The notes: generated by a model not told the origin, from the letters alone. Positions 52,168-63,783 are shown, numbered from the stretch's first letter. The stretch is 64,000 bases of DNA from Alphaproteobacteria bacterium (GCA_965243135.1 OZ251539.1:5280001-5344000), one strand, 5' to 3'. Made by a program: numbers and translations.

Positions 52168-53184
52168 ATGAAGAAAGCGTTTCCGGCCCTTGTGGTCGGC
52201 GCGGTCATGGCGGCATTGTCCGCGCAGGCCGCGACCCTCGACGACATCCGCGGCCGCGGCCATCTGCAGTGCGGCATCAATACCGGTCTGGCCGGCTTCG
52301 CGGCGCCTGACGACAAGGGCGTCTGGCGCGGATTCGACGTCGATCTGTGCCGCGCCGTGGCGGCGGCCGTGTTCGGCGACGCCGGCAAGGTCAAATACAC
52401 CAACCTGACCGGCAAGACCCGCTTCACCGCCCTGCGGTCGGGCGAAATCGACATGCTGTCCCGGAACACCACCTGGACCTTCAGCCGCGACGTCGACCTG
52501 CAGCTGACCTTCGTCGGCGTCAACTATTACGACGGGCAGGGCTTCATGGTTCCGAAGAAGCTCGGCGTGAAGTCGGCGAAGGAACTCGGCGGCGCGTCGG
52601 TCTGCATCCAGACGGGCACGACCACCGAGCTCAACCTCGCGGACTTCTTCCGCGTCAACAACATGAAATACGAGCCGGTTCCGATCGAGACCAACGCCGA
52701 GGCGCGCACCAACTACCTCGCGGGCCGCTGCGACGTCTACACGACCGACGCTTCCGGCCTGTCGGCGACGCGCGTTTCGCTCGACGATCCCGACGCGCAC
52801 ATGGTGCTGCCGGAAATCATCTCCAAGGAGCCGCTCGGTCCCGTCGTTCGTCAAGGCGACGACCAGTGGGCCGATATCGTGCGCTGGACCCTCAACGCGA
52901 TGATCTCGGCGGAGGAACTGGGCGTGACTTCGAAGAACGCGGCGAAGATGGCGGAGGGAACCAAGAATCCCGAAATCAACCGCCTGCTCGGCGTCGAGGA
53001 GCTTCAGGGACGCGAAGGGCTCGGACTGGCCAAGGACTGGGCGCTCGCCGTCGTTTCCCAGGTCGGCAACTACGGCGAGGTCTTCGAAGCCAATCTCGGC
53101 CCGAAGACGCCGCTCGGCATCGGCCGCGGCGTGAACGCGCAGTGGACGGACGGTGGACTGATTTACGCTCCGCCGTTCCGGTGA
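52168..53184 (+). CDS. aapJ: General L-amino acid ABC transporter substrate-binding protein
   Basis: Signal peptide; GFDVDLCRAVAAA, LSRNTTWT, NYYDGQGF, ISKEPLGP, GGLIYAPPFR. Confidence 0.95.
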   Translation: MKKAFPALVVGAVMAALSAQAATLDDIRGRGHLQCGINTGLAGFAAPDDKGVWRGFDVDLCRAVAAAVFGDAGKVKYTNLTGKTRFTALRSGEIDMLSRNTTWTFSRDVDLQLTFVGVNYYDGQGFMVPKKLGVKSAKELGGASVCIQTGTTTELNLADFFRVNNMKYEPVPIETNAEARTNYLAGRCDVYTTDASGLSATRVSLDDPDAHMVLPEIISKEPLGPVVRQGDDQWADIVRWTLNAMISAEELGVTSKNAAKMAEGTKNPEINRLLGVEELQGREGLGLAKDWALAVVSQVGNYGEVFEANLGPKTPLGIGRGVNAQWTDGGLIYAPPFR

Positions 53185-53191
53185 GAACGAG

Positions 53192-53222
53192 ACGCGCCCC
53201 GCAGCCGCGCGGGGCGCGTTTT
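53192..53222 (+). terminator. Stem-loop after aapJ
   Basis: ACGCGCCCCGC-N6-GCGGGGCGCGT followed by TTT. Confidence 0.65.
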
Positions 53223-53224
53223 CC

Positions 53225-54421
53225 ATGCCTGACGGGAGAACCCGGGCGGCGGGCGGCATGCTCCTGAGCCGCCTGTGGCGCGACGAGGCCGCGCACGCGG
53301 TCGTCGTCCAGCTTCTGGTCGTGGCGGCGGTGTTCGGAACCATCGCCTGGCTCATCGGAAACGTCGCCGCCAACTTCGCGGCGCTGGACAAGACCTTCGG
53401 CTTCGACTTTCTCTGGCAACTCCCGGCCAACTACGACATCAACCAGACGCTGATCGAGTACACCAATCGCGATTCCCATCTGAGGGCCGCGGTCGTCGGA
53501 CTCGTCAACACCGCTCTGGTCGCCTTGGTCGGCATCGCGGTGGCGACCGTCCTGGGCTTCGTTCTGGGCGCGATGCGCCTGTCCGAGAACTGGCTGATCT
53601 CGCGCCTCGCCGCCGTCTACGTCGAGTTCACCCGCAATACCCCCGTTCTTCTGCTGATCCTTCTCTGGCACGGGATCATCATCAATACGCTGCCGTTGCC
53701 GCGGCAGGCGATTTCGATCGGCGACGCCGCGTTCCTGTCCAATCGCGGCTTCTACGTCCCGCGCCCGATATTCGAGTCCGGCGCCTGGATCGTCGCGGTC
53801 GCGCTCGTCGTCGGCGTCGCCGCGGTCGCGCTGATCTACCGCCGCGCCCGGCGCGTTCGGGACGCGACCGGGCGGCAACTGCCGGCGGGATGGCTTTCCG
53901 CCGCCGCCGTCGTCCTACCGACCGGTCTCGCCTTTTTCGCGACCGGCGTGCCGATTTCGTTCGAGTTGCCGGAACTGCGCGGCTTCAACTACCGGGGCGG
54001 GCTGTACCTCATTCCGGAATTCGTCGCGCTGACCTGGGCGCTCGCGTTCTACACCTCGGGCTTCATCGCCGAGAATGTCCGCGCCGGAATCCTGGCCGTC
54101 CACAAGGGACAGACCGAGGCCGCGCGTTCCCTCGGGCTGCGGCCGAACCGGGTGCTGACCCTGGTGACGCTTCCCCAGGCGTTGCGGGTGATCGTGCCGC
54201 CGCTCACGTCTTCCTATCTCGACCTCACCAAGAACTCGTCGCTGGCCATCGCCATCGGCTACATGGATCTCGTGGCGACGCTGGGGGGAATCACCCTCAA
54301 CCAGACCGGACGGGAGATGGAGTGCATGATCCTGGTCATGATCGTCTATCTCGCGATTTCGCTCGGAATTTCCGTTTTCATGAACTGGTACAACAGTCGC
54401 GTGCGGCTGGTCGAGCGATGA
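53225..54421 (+). CDS. aapQ: Amino acid ABC transporter permease
   Basis: [38 protein letters not shown]. Confidence 0.93.
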   Translation: MPDGRTRAAGGMLLSRLWRDEAAHAVVVQLLVVAAVFGTIAWLIGNVAANFAALDKTFGFDFLWQLPANYDINQTLIEYTNRDSHLRAAVVGLVNTALVALVGIAVATVLGFVLGAMRLSENWLISRLAAVYVEFTRNTPVLLLILLWHGIIINTLPLPRQAISIGDAAFLSNRGFYVPRPIFESGAWIVAVALVVGVAAVALIYRRARRVRDATGRQLPAGWLSAAAVVLPTGLAFFATGVPISFELPELRGFNYRGGLYLIPEFVALTWALAFYTSGFIAENVRAGILAVHKGQTEAARSLGLRPNRVLTLVTLPQALRVIVPPLTSSYLDLTKNSSLAIAIGYMDLVATLGGITLNQTGREMECMILVMIVYLAISLGISVFMNWYNSRVRLVER

Positions 54422-55512
54422 GCTACGCGCCCGGACATCATCCCGACCTGCCGCCGCCGCCGGGATCGACCGGCGCGATAGGCTGGGCGCGCGCGAACCT
54501 CTTCTCCTCGGTCTTCAACACCGTTCTCACGTTCGTCGCGGTGTGGCTGATCTACGAATTCTTCGCGGCCGCCATCGACTGGTTCGTTTTCGACGCCGTG
54601 GTCGACGCCGACTCCCGCACCGCCTGCCGCGCCCGCGCTCCCGGCGCATGCTGGGCGGTCATCGGCGCCCGCATCGATCAGTTCGTCTACGGCTTCTATC
54701 CGGAAGCCGAACGCTGGCGGCCGATTCTCGCCTTCGTCCTTCTGTTTCCGGCGCTGGCGCCGATACTGTTCGACCGGACTCCGTACCGGCGGCAGATGAC
54801 GTGGTTCTCGCTGGCTTATCCCGCGGTCGCGGCGTGGCTGATCTACGGCGGGCTGGGCCTGACGATCGTGCCCACCGACACGTACGGCGGGTTTCTTCTG
54901 ACGATGATCCTCGGCGTCACGGGAATCGTCGCGTCGCTTCCCGTCGGCATCGTTCTCGCCCTCGGCCGGCAGTCCAGGCTGCTCGCCGTTCGGGTCATCT
55001 GCACCGTGTTCATCGAAGTGTTCAGGGGAGTTCCCCTGATCACGCTGCTTTTCGTCGCTTCGACCATGCTCAATTACTTCCTGCCGCCCGGAACGAGCTT
55101 CAATCTCCTCGTGCGGGTGTTGATCATGGTCTCCATCTTCGCCGCCGCCTACATCGCCGAGGCGGTCAGGGGAGGGCTGCAGGCCATACCGGCCGGCCAG
55201 TACGAGGCCGCCGACGCGCTCGGCCTGTCCTACTGGAAGACGACCTGGCTCATAACGCTGCCGCAGGCGCTCAAGATATCGATCCCGGGGATCGTGAACG
55301 TCTTCATCGGGCTGTACAAGGACAGCACGCTGGTCGTCATCATCGGACTGCTCGATCCTCTGGGCGTCACCCGCGCGATCCTCGCCGACGCCAATTGGAA
55401 CGGACTGTCCAACGAGACCTACCTTTTCACCGCGCTCTTCTTCTTCGTCAGCTGCCTCGCCATGTCGCGCTATTCCCTCTGGCTGGAAAAGCGCCTGAGC
55501 ACAGGTCACTGA
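54418..55512 (+). CDS. aapM: Amino acid ABC transporter permease
   Basis: [37 protein letters not shown]. Confidence 0.93.
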   Translation: MSYAPGHHPDLPPPPGSTGAIGWARANLFSSVFNTVLTFVAVWLIYEFFAAAIDWFVFDAVVDADSRTACRARAPGACWAVIGARIDQFVYGFYPEAERWRPILAFVLLFPALAPILFDRTPYRRQMTWFSLAYPAVAAWLIYGGLGLTIVPTDTYGGFLLTMILGVTGIVASLPVGIVLALGRQSRLLAVRVICTVFIEVFRGVPLITLLFVASTMLNYFLPPGTSFNLLVRVLIMVSIFAAAYIAEAVRGGLQAIPAGQYEAADALGLSYWKTTWLITLPQALKISIPGIVNVFIGLYKDSTLVVIIGLLDPLGVTRAILADANWNGLSNETYLFTALFFFVSCLAMSRYSLWLEKRLSTGH

Positions 55513-55523
55513 AAGGATCCGCC

Positions 55524-56294
55524 ATGACGGAACGCGACGCCGCTTCCCCCGACGAATCGAAGGTCATGATCGAAATCACGGCGATGCACAAATGGTTCGG
55601 ACCGTTCCACGTGCTCAAGGACATCGACCTGAAGGTGATGGCGGGCGAGCGCATCGTCATCTGCGGACCGTCGGGATCCGGCAAGTCGACCCTCATCCGG
55701 TGCATCAATCGACTCGAGACGCACCAGCAGGGAGACATCGTCGTCGACGGCACCGAGCTGACCCGGGACGTGAAGAACATCGAGACCATCCGCTCCGAGG
55801 TCGGCATGGTGTTCCAGCACTTCAACCTCTTCCCTCACCTCACCGTGCTCGAAAACTGCACGTTGGCGCCCATCTGGGTGCGCAAGACGCCCAAACGCGA
55901 AGCCCAGCAGATCGCCCTGCGCTTCCTCGAACGAGTGCAGATCCCCGAGCAGGCCGCCAAGTATCCGGGGCAGCTTTCCGGCGGACAGCAGCAGCGCGTC
56001 GCCATCGCCCGCGCGCTCTGCATGCAGCCCCGCATCATGCTGTTCGACGAGCCGACCTCGGCCCTCGATCCGGAGATGATCAAGGAGGTTCTCGACGTGA
56101 TGATCGAGCTCGCCGAAAGCGGCATGACGATGCTCGTGGTGACCCACGAAATGGGGTTCGCCAACCGGGTCGCCGACCGCGTGATCTTCATGGATCGCGG
56201 CGAGATCATCGAGCAGAATACGCCCGATCTGTTCTTCAACCAGCCGCAAAACGACCGCACGAAGCTGTTTCTCAGCCAGATCCTTTCCCACTGA
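55524..56294 (+). CDS. aapP: Amino acid ABC transporter ATPase
   Basis: [33 protein letters not shown]. Confidence 0.96.
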   Translation: MTERDAASPDESKVMIEITAMHKWFGPFHVLKDIDLKVMAGERIVICGPSGSGKSTLIRCINRLETHQQGDIVVDGTELTRDVKNIETIRSEVGMVFQHFNLFPHLTVLENCTLAPIWVRKTPKREAQQIALRFLERVQIPEQAAKYPGQLSGGQQQRVAIARALCMQPRIMLFDEPTSALDPEMIKEVLDVMIELAESGMTMLVVTHEMGFANRVADRVIFMDRGEIIEQNTPDLFFNQPQNDRTKLFLSQILSH

Positions 56295-56523
56295 CGGCTG
56301 CCCGTTCGCTCGACCGCCGTTTCTTCCGGGGCGGTTTCGTTCTCTCCAAGAAAATTTCCCGTTGACATGACGTTGGCTGCCGAGCCCCTGCGCATTTTGG
56401 TTCGCCGGAATCCGCCCGTCAATCTTTTGGACAAAAAATAGCAACGAAATCATATGGTTACAAGACAGCATGGACATTCGGGGGTCGATTCGGTAAAAAT
56501 CGATCGTCCTCTTGGAGGTTTGC

Positions 56524-57700
56524 ATGCTGAATGAAATCGTCGTCGAACCTGCGAAAGACGAAGAGCGCTTCCGGAGTTTGATGCAGACCCATCATTACCT
56601 GGGCGCGCCGCCGAAGGTCGGCGAGACGTTATGGTATGTCGCTCGCCGGCGCGACGAATGGGTGGCGCTGATCGGTTTTTCGGCGGCGGCGTTGAAGTGC
56701 CGCGCGCGAGACGCCTGGATCGGTTGGGATTTTCGAATTCAGTACGGTCGGCTGCATCTCGTGACCAACAACAGCCGGTTTCTGATCTTGCCGGGTTGGC
56801 ACCGTCCCAATCTGGCGTCTCGCCTGCTTTCGCTGTGCGAACGAAGGCTTGCGTCGGATTGGGCGAAGCGTTTCGGCCACCCGTTGTTGCTTTTGGAAAC
56901 CTTCGTCGATCCGGACTGCTTTGAAGGCACGATTTATCACGCGGCGAACTGGCGGTGTCTCGGCCGCACGCGAGGCTTTCGCCGCTACCGCGGCGGCTAC
57001 GCGCCGAGCACCTCCAAACTCGTCTTCGTTCGCCCTCTGGTTCCGAACGCCAGAAAGCGGTTGAGCGCCGCCGAACTCGATCCGGTCTACCGTCACGGAA
57101 AACCCAAGATCATGATCAAAGCCGAAATGATGAGCGCTTTGCCGGATTACTTCGCCGATATTCCCGATCCCCGTGGGCGCCAGGGACGGCGCTATCCTGT
57201 CGCCACTGTGCTGGCGCTCGCGACCGGCGCCGCGCTGTGCGGCAGGCGCGGCTTCGTGGACATGGAAGAATGGGCGGAGGCTCTCGATCAGAAGGGACGC
57301 GAACGGTTCCGCTGCAGGTATCGCGGAAGGCGCTATCACGTGCCCTGCGCGCGCACCATTCGCAACGTGCTGGTTTGTATCGACCCCGACGAGCTCGACG
57401 CCGCATTGGCGCGGTTCAACGCCGACTACGGCTTGGCGGATTCGACCTGCGCGATCGACGGCGAGACGTTGCGCAGCGCGCTCGCCGATGAAGGCGACCG
57501 GGGCCACGGCGCCGACGGCCAGGCTGCCGCGCATGTCTAAAAACAGGTTGGAAAGCCGCCGGCCGGGGACGAAGTCGAGCGAATCGACGAGATGGCGGTC
57601 CCCGAGGAGGCGTCCGGCAAGCTGTCGACGCCCTGCTGACGCGGAGAAAGCTGGCCAAACGAGGCGCTTTCCGCGTCTTTGCCGTCAAGCAGGCGAACTT
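56524..57700 (+). pseudogene. Truncated DUF4338-ISAs1 transposase (second, divergent copy)
   Basis: Intact DUF4338 (HHYLG, RDAWIGW, NNSRFLILP, ETFVDP, YHAANW), IPDPR..GRRY, AIDGETLR; stop at 57540 with degenerate residue beyond. Confidence 0.85.
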
Positions 57701-58499
57701 GCTTGCCGGTCTTCTCTTCAAGTACAGGGCGAGCCCGGCTTCCGGGAAAGACTTGGAACATGGCCGAGAGCGGCTGGGTCTCCGCCGAACTCAACTGTGA
57801 GCAGTCACGATAATCGGCAGTTTCAGGTGCAAAATAATCGAGGATGCCGCGCCTGGAAGGAGGGCGTTTCCGTTTCCTCTCACGCCTGAGGGCGATCGGG
57901 CCCGGAATACTGTTTTTTCAGCATGGTCCCGCAGCACCATGGTTTGGCCCTGAAGGCAACCAGTGAACTCGTGCCCGCTGGCAGGACCCTTTTGATCGAG
58001 TTCTCCAAATGTTTCCGTCGATTATCATGTCCGTGCACACTCAACCTCGACTTTCCCGGAGCCGGCCGGGCTTTCGTTGCGCGACGCCGCAGCCAAAAAA
58101 ATCGGCAAGTCCGGCAAGGAAGCGGTCTATGGGAACCCACGCTCCCGAGACCGCCGCCCCTGCCCAGGCGCTTGCGCCGCAGTCGCTGGACGGTCGAAAA
58201 CGGCAGCCGCGCTCGATCGGGAGGAGGGCCTTCAGCGACGCCGGTGACGGCCCCGGGAACGCCGCCCGGCTACGCCGTTTCGCCCGGACACGCCTGCGTC
58301 GCTTTCCGGCATCCCCGGAGAAGTCCTCGGCCGGTCTTCGACCGCCTGACCGCAAAAAACCCTCGGAAGACAACGGCGGTCAGGAAGTTGGAACGAAAAG
58401 GCCGTGCCGTTTCCTCGGGCTGGACGAATCGCCGCGTCGCCGGAAAGCCTCGGTCCGGCCGCTCGTTTCGGTTTTCCTCCGCCGTTTCCTGCTTGACGG

Positions 58500-58560
58500 G
58501 ATACATTATGCCGGACGACATTATGTTGACCTGCATTATGTTATTCGGCATAATGTATCG
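58500..58560 (+). promoter_or_regulatory. Operator-like repeat array overlapping the promoter of the ATPase gene
   Basis: CATTATG/CATAATG at 58504, 58519, 58534, 58549; 14-bp inverted repeat 58500-58513/58546-58559; TTGACC-N17-CATAAT 6 nt before the ATG. Confidence 0.75.
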
Positions 58561-59916
58561 ATGCAGTTCCTGAATCGCCGCGACGAAATGCGCAGACTCG
58601 ACGGCGCGCTCTCGCGAACCGGAGCGTTCGTCGCCGTCTGGGGGCGCCGCCGGATCGGCAAATCGCGCCTGCTCGTCGAGTGGTGCCGACGCCGTGACGG
58701 GCTGTATACGGTCGCGGACCAATCCGCGCCGCCGGTGCAACGGCGCTATCTGGCCGGAGCCGTCGCCGAACGCTTTCCCGGGTTCGACGATGTCGAGTAC
58801 CCGGACTGGCGCTCGTTTCTGGCCAGGCTGTCCGGGGAAGCCGACAGGACCGGTTGGCCGGGTCCGTTCGTTATCGACGAATTGCCTCATCTTCTGGCGG
58901 CGGATCCGGCTCTCGCCGGCGTTCTGCAGAATTGGCTCGACGTCCCGGAACGGCGCGTGAGCCTGGTCGTCTGCGGATCGAGCATGCACATGATGCACGG
59001 CGCGATACTTGACGCCTCCGCTCCCCTCTACGGCCGGGCCTCCGAAGCCTTCGCCCTGCGCCCGATTCGGCCGGGGCATCTTGCAGGCGCGTTTCCGGCC
59101 GGCGACGCGCGCGCTCTGGTCTCGGCATACGCGCTGTGGGGAGGCATGCCCCGGTACTGGGAACTCGCCGCGCCGTTCGGGGGCGACGCCGAAACCGCCG
59201 TGGATGCGCTGGTTCTCGATCCGGCGGGACCCCTGCACGGGGAGCCTGATCGATTGCTGCGGGAAGAAACCCCGGCGGCGACCGCGCTTCGGCCCCTGCT
59301 GGACGTCATCGGCAACGGCGCGCATCGGATCAGCGAAATCGCGGGCCGCCTCGGCAGGCCCGCTTCCAGCCTGTCGAGGCCGCTTGCTTCCCTGACGGAG
59401 ATGGGGTTGGTGCGCCGCGAAACGCCGTTCGGCGCCGATCCGAAATCCGGCAAGCGAAGCCTGTATCGGATCGACGATCCTTTTCTGCGGTTGTGGTTTC
59501 GGGTCGTCGCGCCGCACCGCGCCGCCCTTGCGGCGGCCCCCCGCGAAACGCGGCTCCGGTACTGGCGCCGGCACCGGCAGGGTCTCGAATCCTTCGCATG
59601 GGAGGAACTGTGCCGCATGGCCGTGCCCGCGCTGCGCGACTCGCCGCTCGGCCGGCTCGGTCCCTGGGAGAGCGCGCAAAGATACTGGCGCGGCAACGCC
59701 CCGGAACTGGATATCGTGGCGCGGTCGGTCGACGGTCGGCGCCTGCTGGTCGGCGAGGCGAAGTGGTCAGCCGTTCCCTCGGCGGAAACTCTGCCTCCCG
59801 GCGCGCGGGACGTCGATCTGTGCAGGGCGCTATTCGTTCCAGAGCCCGGCGCCCGGCAGGCCGGACCGGACGTTCACGTTGTCGATGCGGACGAGGTATT
59901 GAGCGCATTGGCGTGA
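58561..59916 (+). CDS. Archaeal-type AAA+ ATPase with wHTH and C-terminal PD-(D/E)xK (DUF234-like) domain
   Basis: FLNRRDEM, WGRRRIGKS, IDELP, CGSS, PLYGR, GGMPRY, YRIDDPFLRLWF, ELDIVA...GEAKW. Confidence 0.9.
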   Translation: MQFLNRRDEMRRLDGALSRTGAFVAVWGRRRIGKSRLLVEWCRRRDGLYTVADQSAPPVQRRYLAGAVAERFPGFDDVEYPDWRSFLARLSGEADRTGWPGPFVIDELPHLLAADPALAGVLQNWLDVPERRVSLVVCGSSMHMMHGAILDASAPLYGRASEAFALRPIRPGHLAGAFPAGDARALVSAYALWGGMPRYWELAAPFGGDAETAVDALVLDPAGPLHGEPDRLLREETPAATALRPLLDVIGNGAHRISEIAGRLGRPASSLSRPLASLTEMGLVRRETPFGADPKSGKRSLYRIDDPFLRLWFRVVAPHRAALAAAPRETRLRYWRRHRQGLESFAWEELCRMAVPALRDSPLGRLGPWESAQRYWRGNAPELDIVARSVDGRRLLVGEAKWSAVPSAETLPPGARDVDLCRALFVPEPGARQAGPDVHVVDADEVLSALA

Positions 59917-60135
59917 TTCACGGATGGCTCGCTCGGCGGCCGTCGTCGCGACCGCCGGGCCGTCGTCGCGGTCGGCTCTTGCTTGCGTCCGTTTCGGGCA
60001 GGCGCCCTGGGCGCCGGGATGCGCAGAGCGATCGTTCTTCGCGGGCCGCAGGCGACCGCGGGGTTCCGGCAGGATTTCGGCGGGATCTGGCGCACGGCGT
60101 AAGGACCGTCAGGTCGCGCCGGCCGCCTTCCCGCC

Positions 60136-60792
60136 TTAAGCGAATCGACCGGCGGCGTCGACCAACCTTTCGAAAACGCTCAGGAATCCGGATTCGTGCA
60201 CGCCGTCTACATGGACATTGTTCCAGAGGCCGGACGATCGCACCTTTTCGCGGTCGCAGTGATGCCCCAGCCAATTCGACGAGGGCCGATCGCTCGCCCT
60301 GTCCGGGAAGCCGCTCAGCAATGCGATGGCGTTCCGCTTCACATTGTCGCGGCCAAGCGCATCTTCGATCGGAACGAATGCCACCGACATGCCGCCGATG
60401 CGTCGACTGACCATTTCTTCGAGCGGCTGCTCGGCATGCCGCATGTTTCTGACCTTCCTCGCCCCCCAACTGTCGATACCGACGCCAGGGTCTCGGCCTA
60501 TCAATGCGTTGCCTACGAGCAGGCGAAACACCGAACGTCGATGATCGCCGTAAGGCGGAGTCAAGGTTCCGCAATGTTCTCCGAGGCGTTTCCGCAACGG
60601 CCTGCCGGAGCTTCCTACCCTGACGACTCGAGGTCCCTGTCCGCTGCAGGACCGGTTTTCCCCGGGCTCGAAAAAGAAGTAGACGCCCGGCCAGTTCATG
60701 CGGCCGTCCGTTTCGGAGAGACGGCGTTTTCCGCGACGCTCAAGTTCGTCCATGAGCGCATAGAACGCAATCAGGTCATCCCGCTTGCTCAT
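60136..60792 (-). CDS. GIY-YIG-like nuclease domain protein
   Basis: GVYFFFEPGE...RVVRVG...LRKRLGEH...HRRSVFR...SGLWN. Confidence 0.6.
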   Translation of the reverse strand: MSKRDDLIAFYALMDELERRGKRRLSETDGRMNWPGVYFFFEPGENRSCSGQGPRVVRVGSSGRPLRKRLGEHCGTLTPPYGDHRRSVFRLLVGNALIGRDPGVGIDSWGARKVRNMRHAEQPLEEMVSRRIGGMSVAFVPIEDALGRDNVKRNAIALLSGFPDRASDRPSSNWLGHHCDREKVRSSGLWNNVHVDGVHESGFLSVFERLVDAAGRFA

Positions 60793-61229
60793 TTTTCAAC
60801 CGGCTCAACCGCTTTTTTCAACCAGTTCAACTGTTCTCCGAATCTCAATCCTTGCATCGGTACGCGGACTGACGAAAAACGGCCTGACAGATAGGATCCA
60901 AGGTATTGGCGGTAACGAAATCCCGCGAGAATCGCGACCTCGTCGACCTCGGGCGGATGTTCGTTCATCTGGGAGATGACTCTCTGTGCCCAAGCGCGCC
61001 TGTCGGCAGCGTTCATCCGTTTCAGAGTTTCGTCGTATGGGGAAATCGGGCGATCCGGCTCCAATAATCCGTGTTTCGCCGACAGGATGAACCAGGGCCC
61101 GCCTGAACTTTCCACGTATCGGCGAGCCAGCTGAAACCACAGCGAAATATAAAGATCCTTCGCCGCAACGGTTTCCGTTCGCTTCTTCGCGACGCAGGAT
61201 ACGAGATAAATTCGATTCTTGTTCGCCAT
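60789..61229 (-). CDS. DUF6884-like protein
   Basis: IYLVSCVAKK...AKDLYISLWF...WFILSAKHGL...PYDETL...LAGFRY...GLRFGEQL; stop overlaps the next start. Confidence 0.78.
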   Translation of the reverse strand: MANKNRIYLVSCVAKKRTETVAAKDLYISLWFQLARRYVESSGGPWFILSAKHGLLEPDRPISPYDETLKRMNAADRRAWAQRVISQMNEHPPEVDEVAILAGFRYRQYLGSYLSGRFSSVRVPMQGLRFGEQLNWLKKAVEPVEK

Positions 61230-61682
61230 GGCGTTCCAGGGTCCGGTTGCCCCGTCGATTATACGCGAAGCGCTCGGGGTCGCGAATCCGGAATTGCGAA
61301 AATATATCGCGATCCATTCGTCGAGGATTCGCTTCCGGCTCCGTTGCAGGGGCTTCGGCCGGATATCGTCGGCGGGGAGACCGCGTTCTTTCCGCCGCGC
61401 CGACTGGCGGCCCGGCAACAGGTTCCGTCGATGGCGGCGTCTCGAGGAGGGAGCGGCGGGCGCCGGCTGCCGGCGTCGACATGCGTTGGCGCGCGAGGGA
61501 AGCGGCGCAAGGCGGGAACCGGCGGGCTGTCCGTCGAGACCGCGAGGCCACTTCGGCGCGGCCTGGCGGCGCGGGCCGCAACGGCGCCTTGACTTACCGG
61601 CCGGCCGATATTTCCCTTGCGGCAGAGATTGCCGCCCGCCCGTATCGAAGGAGGGCCGCGACGCGTTCCGTGGTGGATTGGT

Positions 61683-63782
61683 TTGACCGAAAGAGCAGAG
61701 GCCCTCGGCCTTCTCAGAACGATGACGAATGATCCGGCCGCCGATTTTCGGCGCGGCCAGTGGGAAGCCATCGATGCCCTCGTGAACCGAAGGGAGCGTC
61801 TGCTTGTCGTGCAGCGCACCGGGTGGGGCAAGAGTTGCGTCTACTTTATCGCCACGCGCATCCTTCGCGGCAACGGATACGGACCGACGCTGATCGTTTC
61901 CCCGCTCCTTGCCCTTATGCGGAACCAGATCGAGGCTGCCGAGCGGTTGGGAATCCGCGCAAGGACGATTAATTCGACGAACCGGGAAGAATGGCCGGAA
62001 CTGCAGCGCACCGTATGGGCGCAAGAGGTCGACGCCCTCCTGATTTCGCCCGAGCGGCTGGCGAACGACGATTTCATGGAAAACGTCCTGTCGCCGATCG
62101 CCGGGCGAATCGGTTTGTTGGTGGTGGACGAGGCGCACTGCATTTCCGATTGGGGCCACGACTTCCGGCCCGACTATCGCCGTCTGGTGAACGTCCTGCA
62201 GCGAATGCCCGGCAACATGCCGATAGTCGGCACCACGGCGACCGCGAACGATCGCGTCGTAGAAGACGTACGGAGCCAACTTGGCGATATCGGCATCCAG
62301 CGCGGAACCCTGATGCGTCGAACCCTGGCCCTGCAGACCCTGCGATTGCCGTCGCAGGCGGCGCGCCTGGCATGGCTGGCCAAGAACGTCGATTCGCTGC
62401 CCGGCACCGGGATCGTCTATGCGCTCACCAAGCGCGACGCGGATCAGGTCGCCGACTGGCTTCTGGAACATCGCATACCGGCTGCGGCATACTATAGCGG
62501 CGTCAACAGGGGCGGCTTCCGTGATTCCGACGATTGCCGCCGGCATCTCGAAGGGCGATTGTTGCGAAACGAGATAAAGGCGCTGGTCGCGACCACGGCT
62601 CTCGGCATGGGGTACGACAAGCCGGATCTCGGTTTCGTCGTCCATTACCAGGCGCCGGGTTCCATCGTCGCGTATTACCAGCAGGTCGGTCGCGCTGGCC
62701 GAGGCATTGACTACGCCGCCGGAATTTTGATGTCCGGCGCCGAGGACGAAAACATCCATGAGTACTTCAGAAGAACGGCCTTTCCCAAGGAGCAATGGGT
62801 GACTGCGATACTGAAATCTTTGGAAGAAAGCGACGGCATGAACATCTTTCAACTCGAAGAGGCGGTTAACCTGAGACGCGGCCAGATCGACCAGGCGCTC
62901 AAGTTTCTGTCCGTCGAAAATCCGTCTCCCGTATTGAAATCCGGAAGCAGATGGCTCCGCACTCCCGTGCCGTACGGGATGGATCGCGAAAAGATCCGGC
63001 GGCTGACCGGACAACGCGAGACCGAATGGCGGCAGGTCCAGGATTATATCGGCGAAGAGGGTTGCCTGATGGAGTTCCTTGCGAGGGCGCTTGACGATGC
63101 CGATCCCCGGCCGTGCGGGAAATGCGCCTCGTGCCTCGGCCGTCCGATCGTGGACATGTCCTTCGCGAATGAAGCCGCGATGGCCGCCGCTCGTTTCCTT
63201 CGAAAGTCCGAACTGGCGCTGAACGCGAACAAGCGGATCCCGCAAGGCGCGTTCGCCGAATACGGCTTTCAAGGAAACCTTCCTCTTGCGCTTCGCGCCG
63301 GGACCGGACGGATCCTCTCTCGATGGGGCGATGCCGGTTGGGGGCGGCAGGTCGCCGAAGACAAGAACGCCGGCGGCTTTCGCGACGCTCTTGTCGATGC
63401 GGTCGTGGAGATGTTGAACGAACGGTGGCGGCCGTCGCCGGCGCCGCGGTGGGTGACCTGCGTTCCCTCCATAAATCGTCCCGACCTCGTTCCCGGCTAT
63501 GCCCGGCGGCTGGCTGACGCCTTGAGGCTGCCGTTCGAGCCGGTCGTGGCGAAGAACAGGGACAACGAACCGCAGAAAGAGCAGCAGAACGGATTTCATC
63601 AGTGCAGGAATCTGGATGGCGTATTCGCCGTCGAAGAACCTGTCCCTCCAGGCCCCGTTCTGCTGGTCGACGATGTCGTGGACTCGGGTTGGACATTGAC
63701 CGTTGTAGCTGCGCTTCTTCGAAACGCGGGCAGCGGGCCTGTCTGGCCCCTGGCTTTGGCCACTTCCGGCATGGGGGCATGA
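61683..63782 (+). CDS. RecQ-like helicase with C-terminal phosphoribosyltransferase domain (RqlH-like)
   Basis: QRTGWGKS, VDEAHCISDWGHDFRPDY, YYQQVGRAGR, Zn motif CLM...CGKCASC, PRTase motif LLVDDVVDSGWT; TTG start inferred. Confidence 0.92.
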   Translation: MTERAEALGLLRTMTNDPAADFRRGQWEAIDALVNRRERLLVVQRTGWGKSCVYFIATRILRGNGYGPTLIVSPLLALMRNQIEAAERLGIRARTINSTNREEWPELQRTVWAQEVDALLISPERLANDDFMENVLSPIAGRIGLLVVDEAHCISDWGHDFRPDYRRLVNVLQRMPGNMPIVGTTATANDRVVEDVRSQLGDIGIQRGTLMRRTLALQTLRLPSQAARLAWLAKNVDSLPGTGIVYALTKRDADQVADWLLEHRIPAAAYYSGVNRGGFRDSDDCRRHLEGRLLRNEIKALVATTALGMGYDKPDLGFVVHYQAPGSIVAYYQQVGRAGRGIDYAAGILMSGAEDENIHEYFRRTAFPKEQWVTAILKSLEESDGMNIFQLEEAVNLRRGQIDQALKFLSVENPSPVLKSGSRWLRTPVPYGMDREKIRRLTGQRETEWRQVQDYIGEEGCLMEFLARALDDADPRPCGKCASCLGRPIVDMSFANEAAMAAARFLRKSELALNANKRIPQGAFAEYGFQGNLPLALRAGTGRILSRWGDAGWGRQVAEDKNAGGFRDALVDAVVEMLNERWRPSPAPRWVTCVPSINRPDLVPGYARRLADALRLPFEPVVAKNRDNEPQKEQQNGFHQCRNLDGVFAVEEPVPPGPVLLVDDVVDSGWTLTVVAALLRNAGSGPVWPLALATSGMGA

Positions 63783-63783
63783 A

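Noticed and set aside
58500-58560. Resemblance to dif or loxP (GCATAATGTAT, TTATGTT)
   Set aside because: Half-sites are not arranged as XerC arm, 6 bp, XerD arm, and no recombinase is nearby; an operator/promoter explains it better.
60789-63599. 936-aa minus-strand ORF
   Set aside because: Mostly the antisense shadow of the RecQ gene; only the last 146 aa (from 61229) look real.
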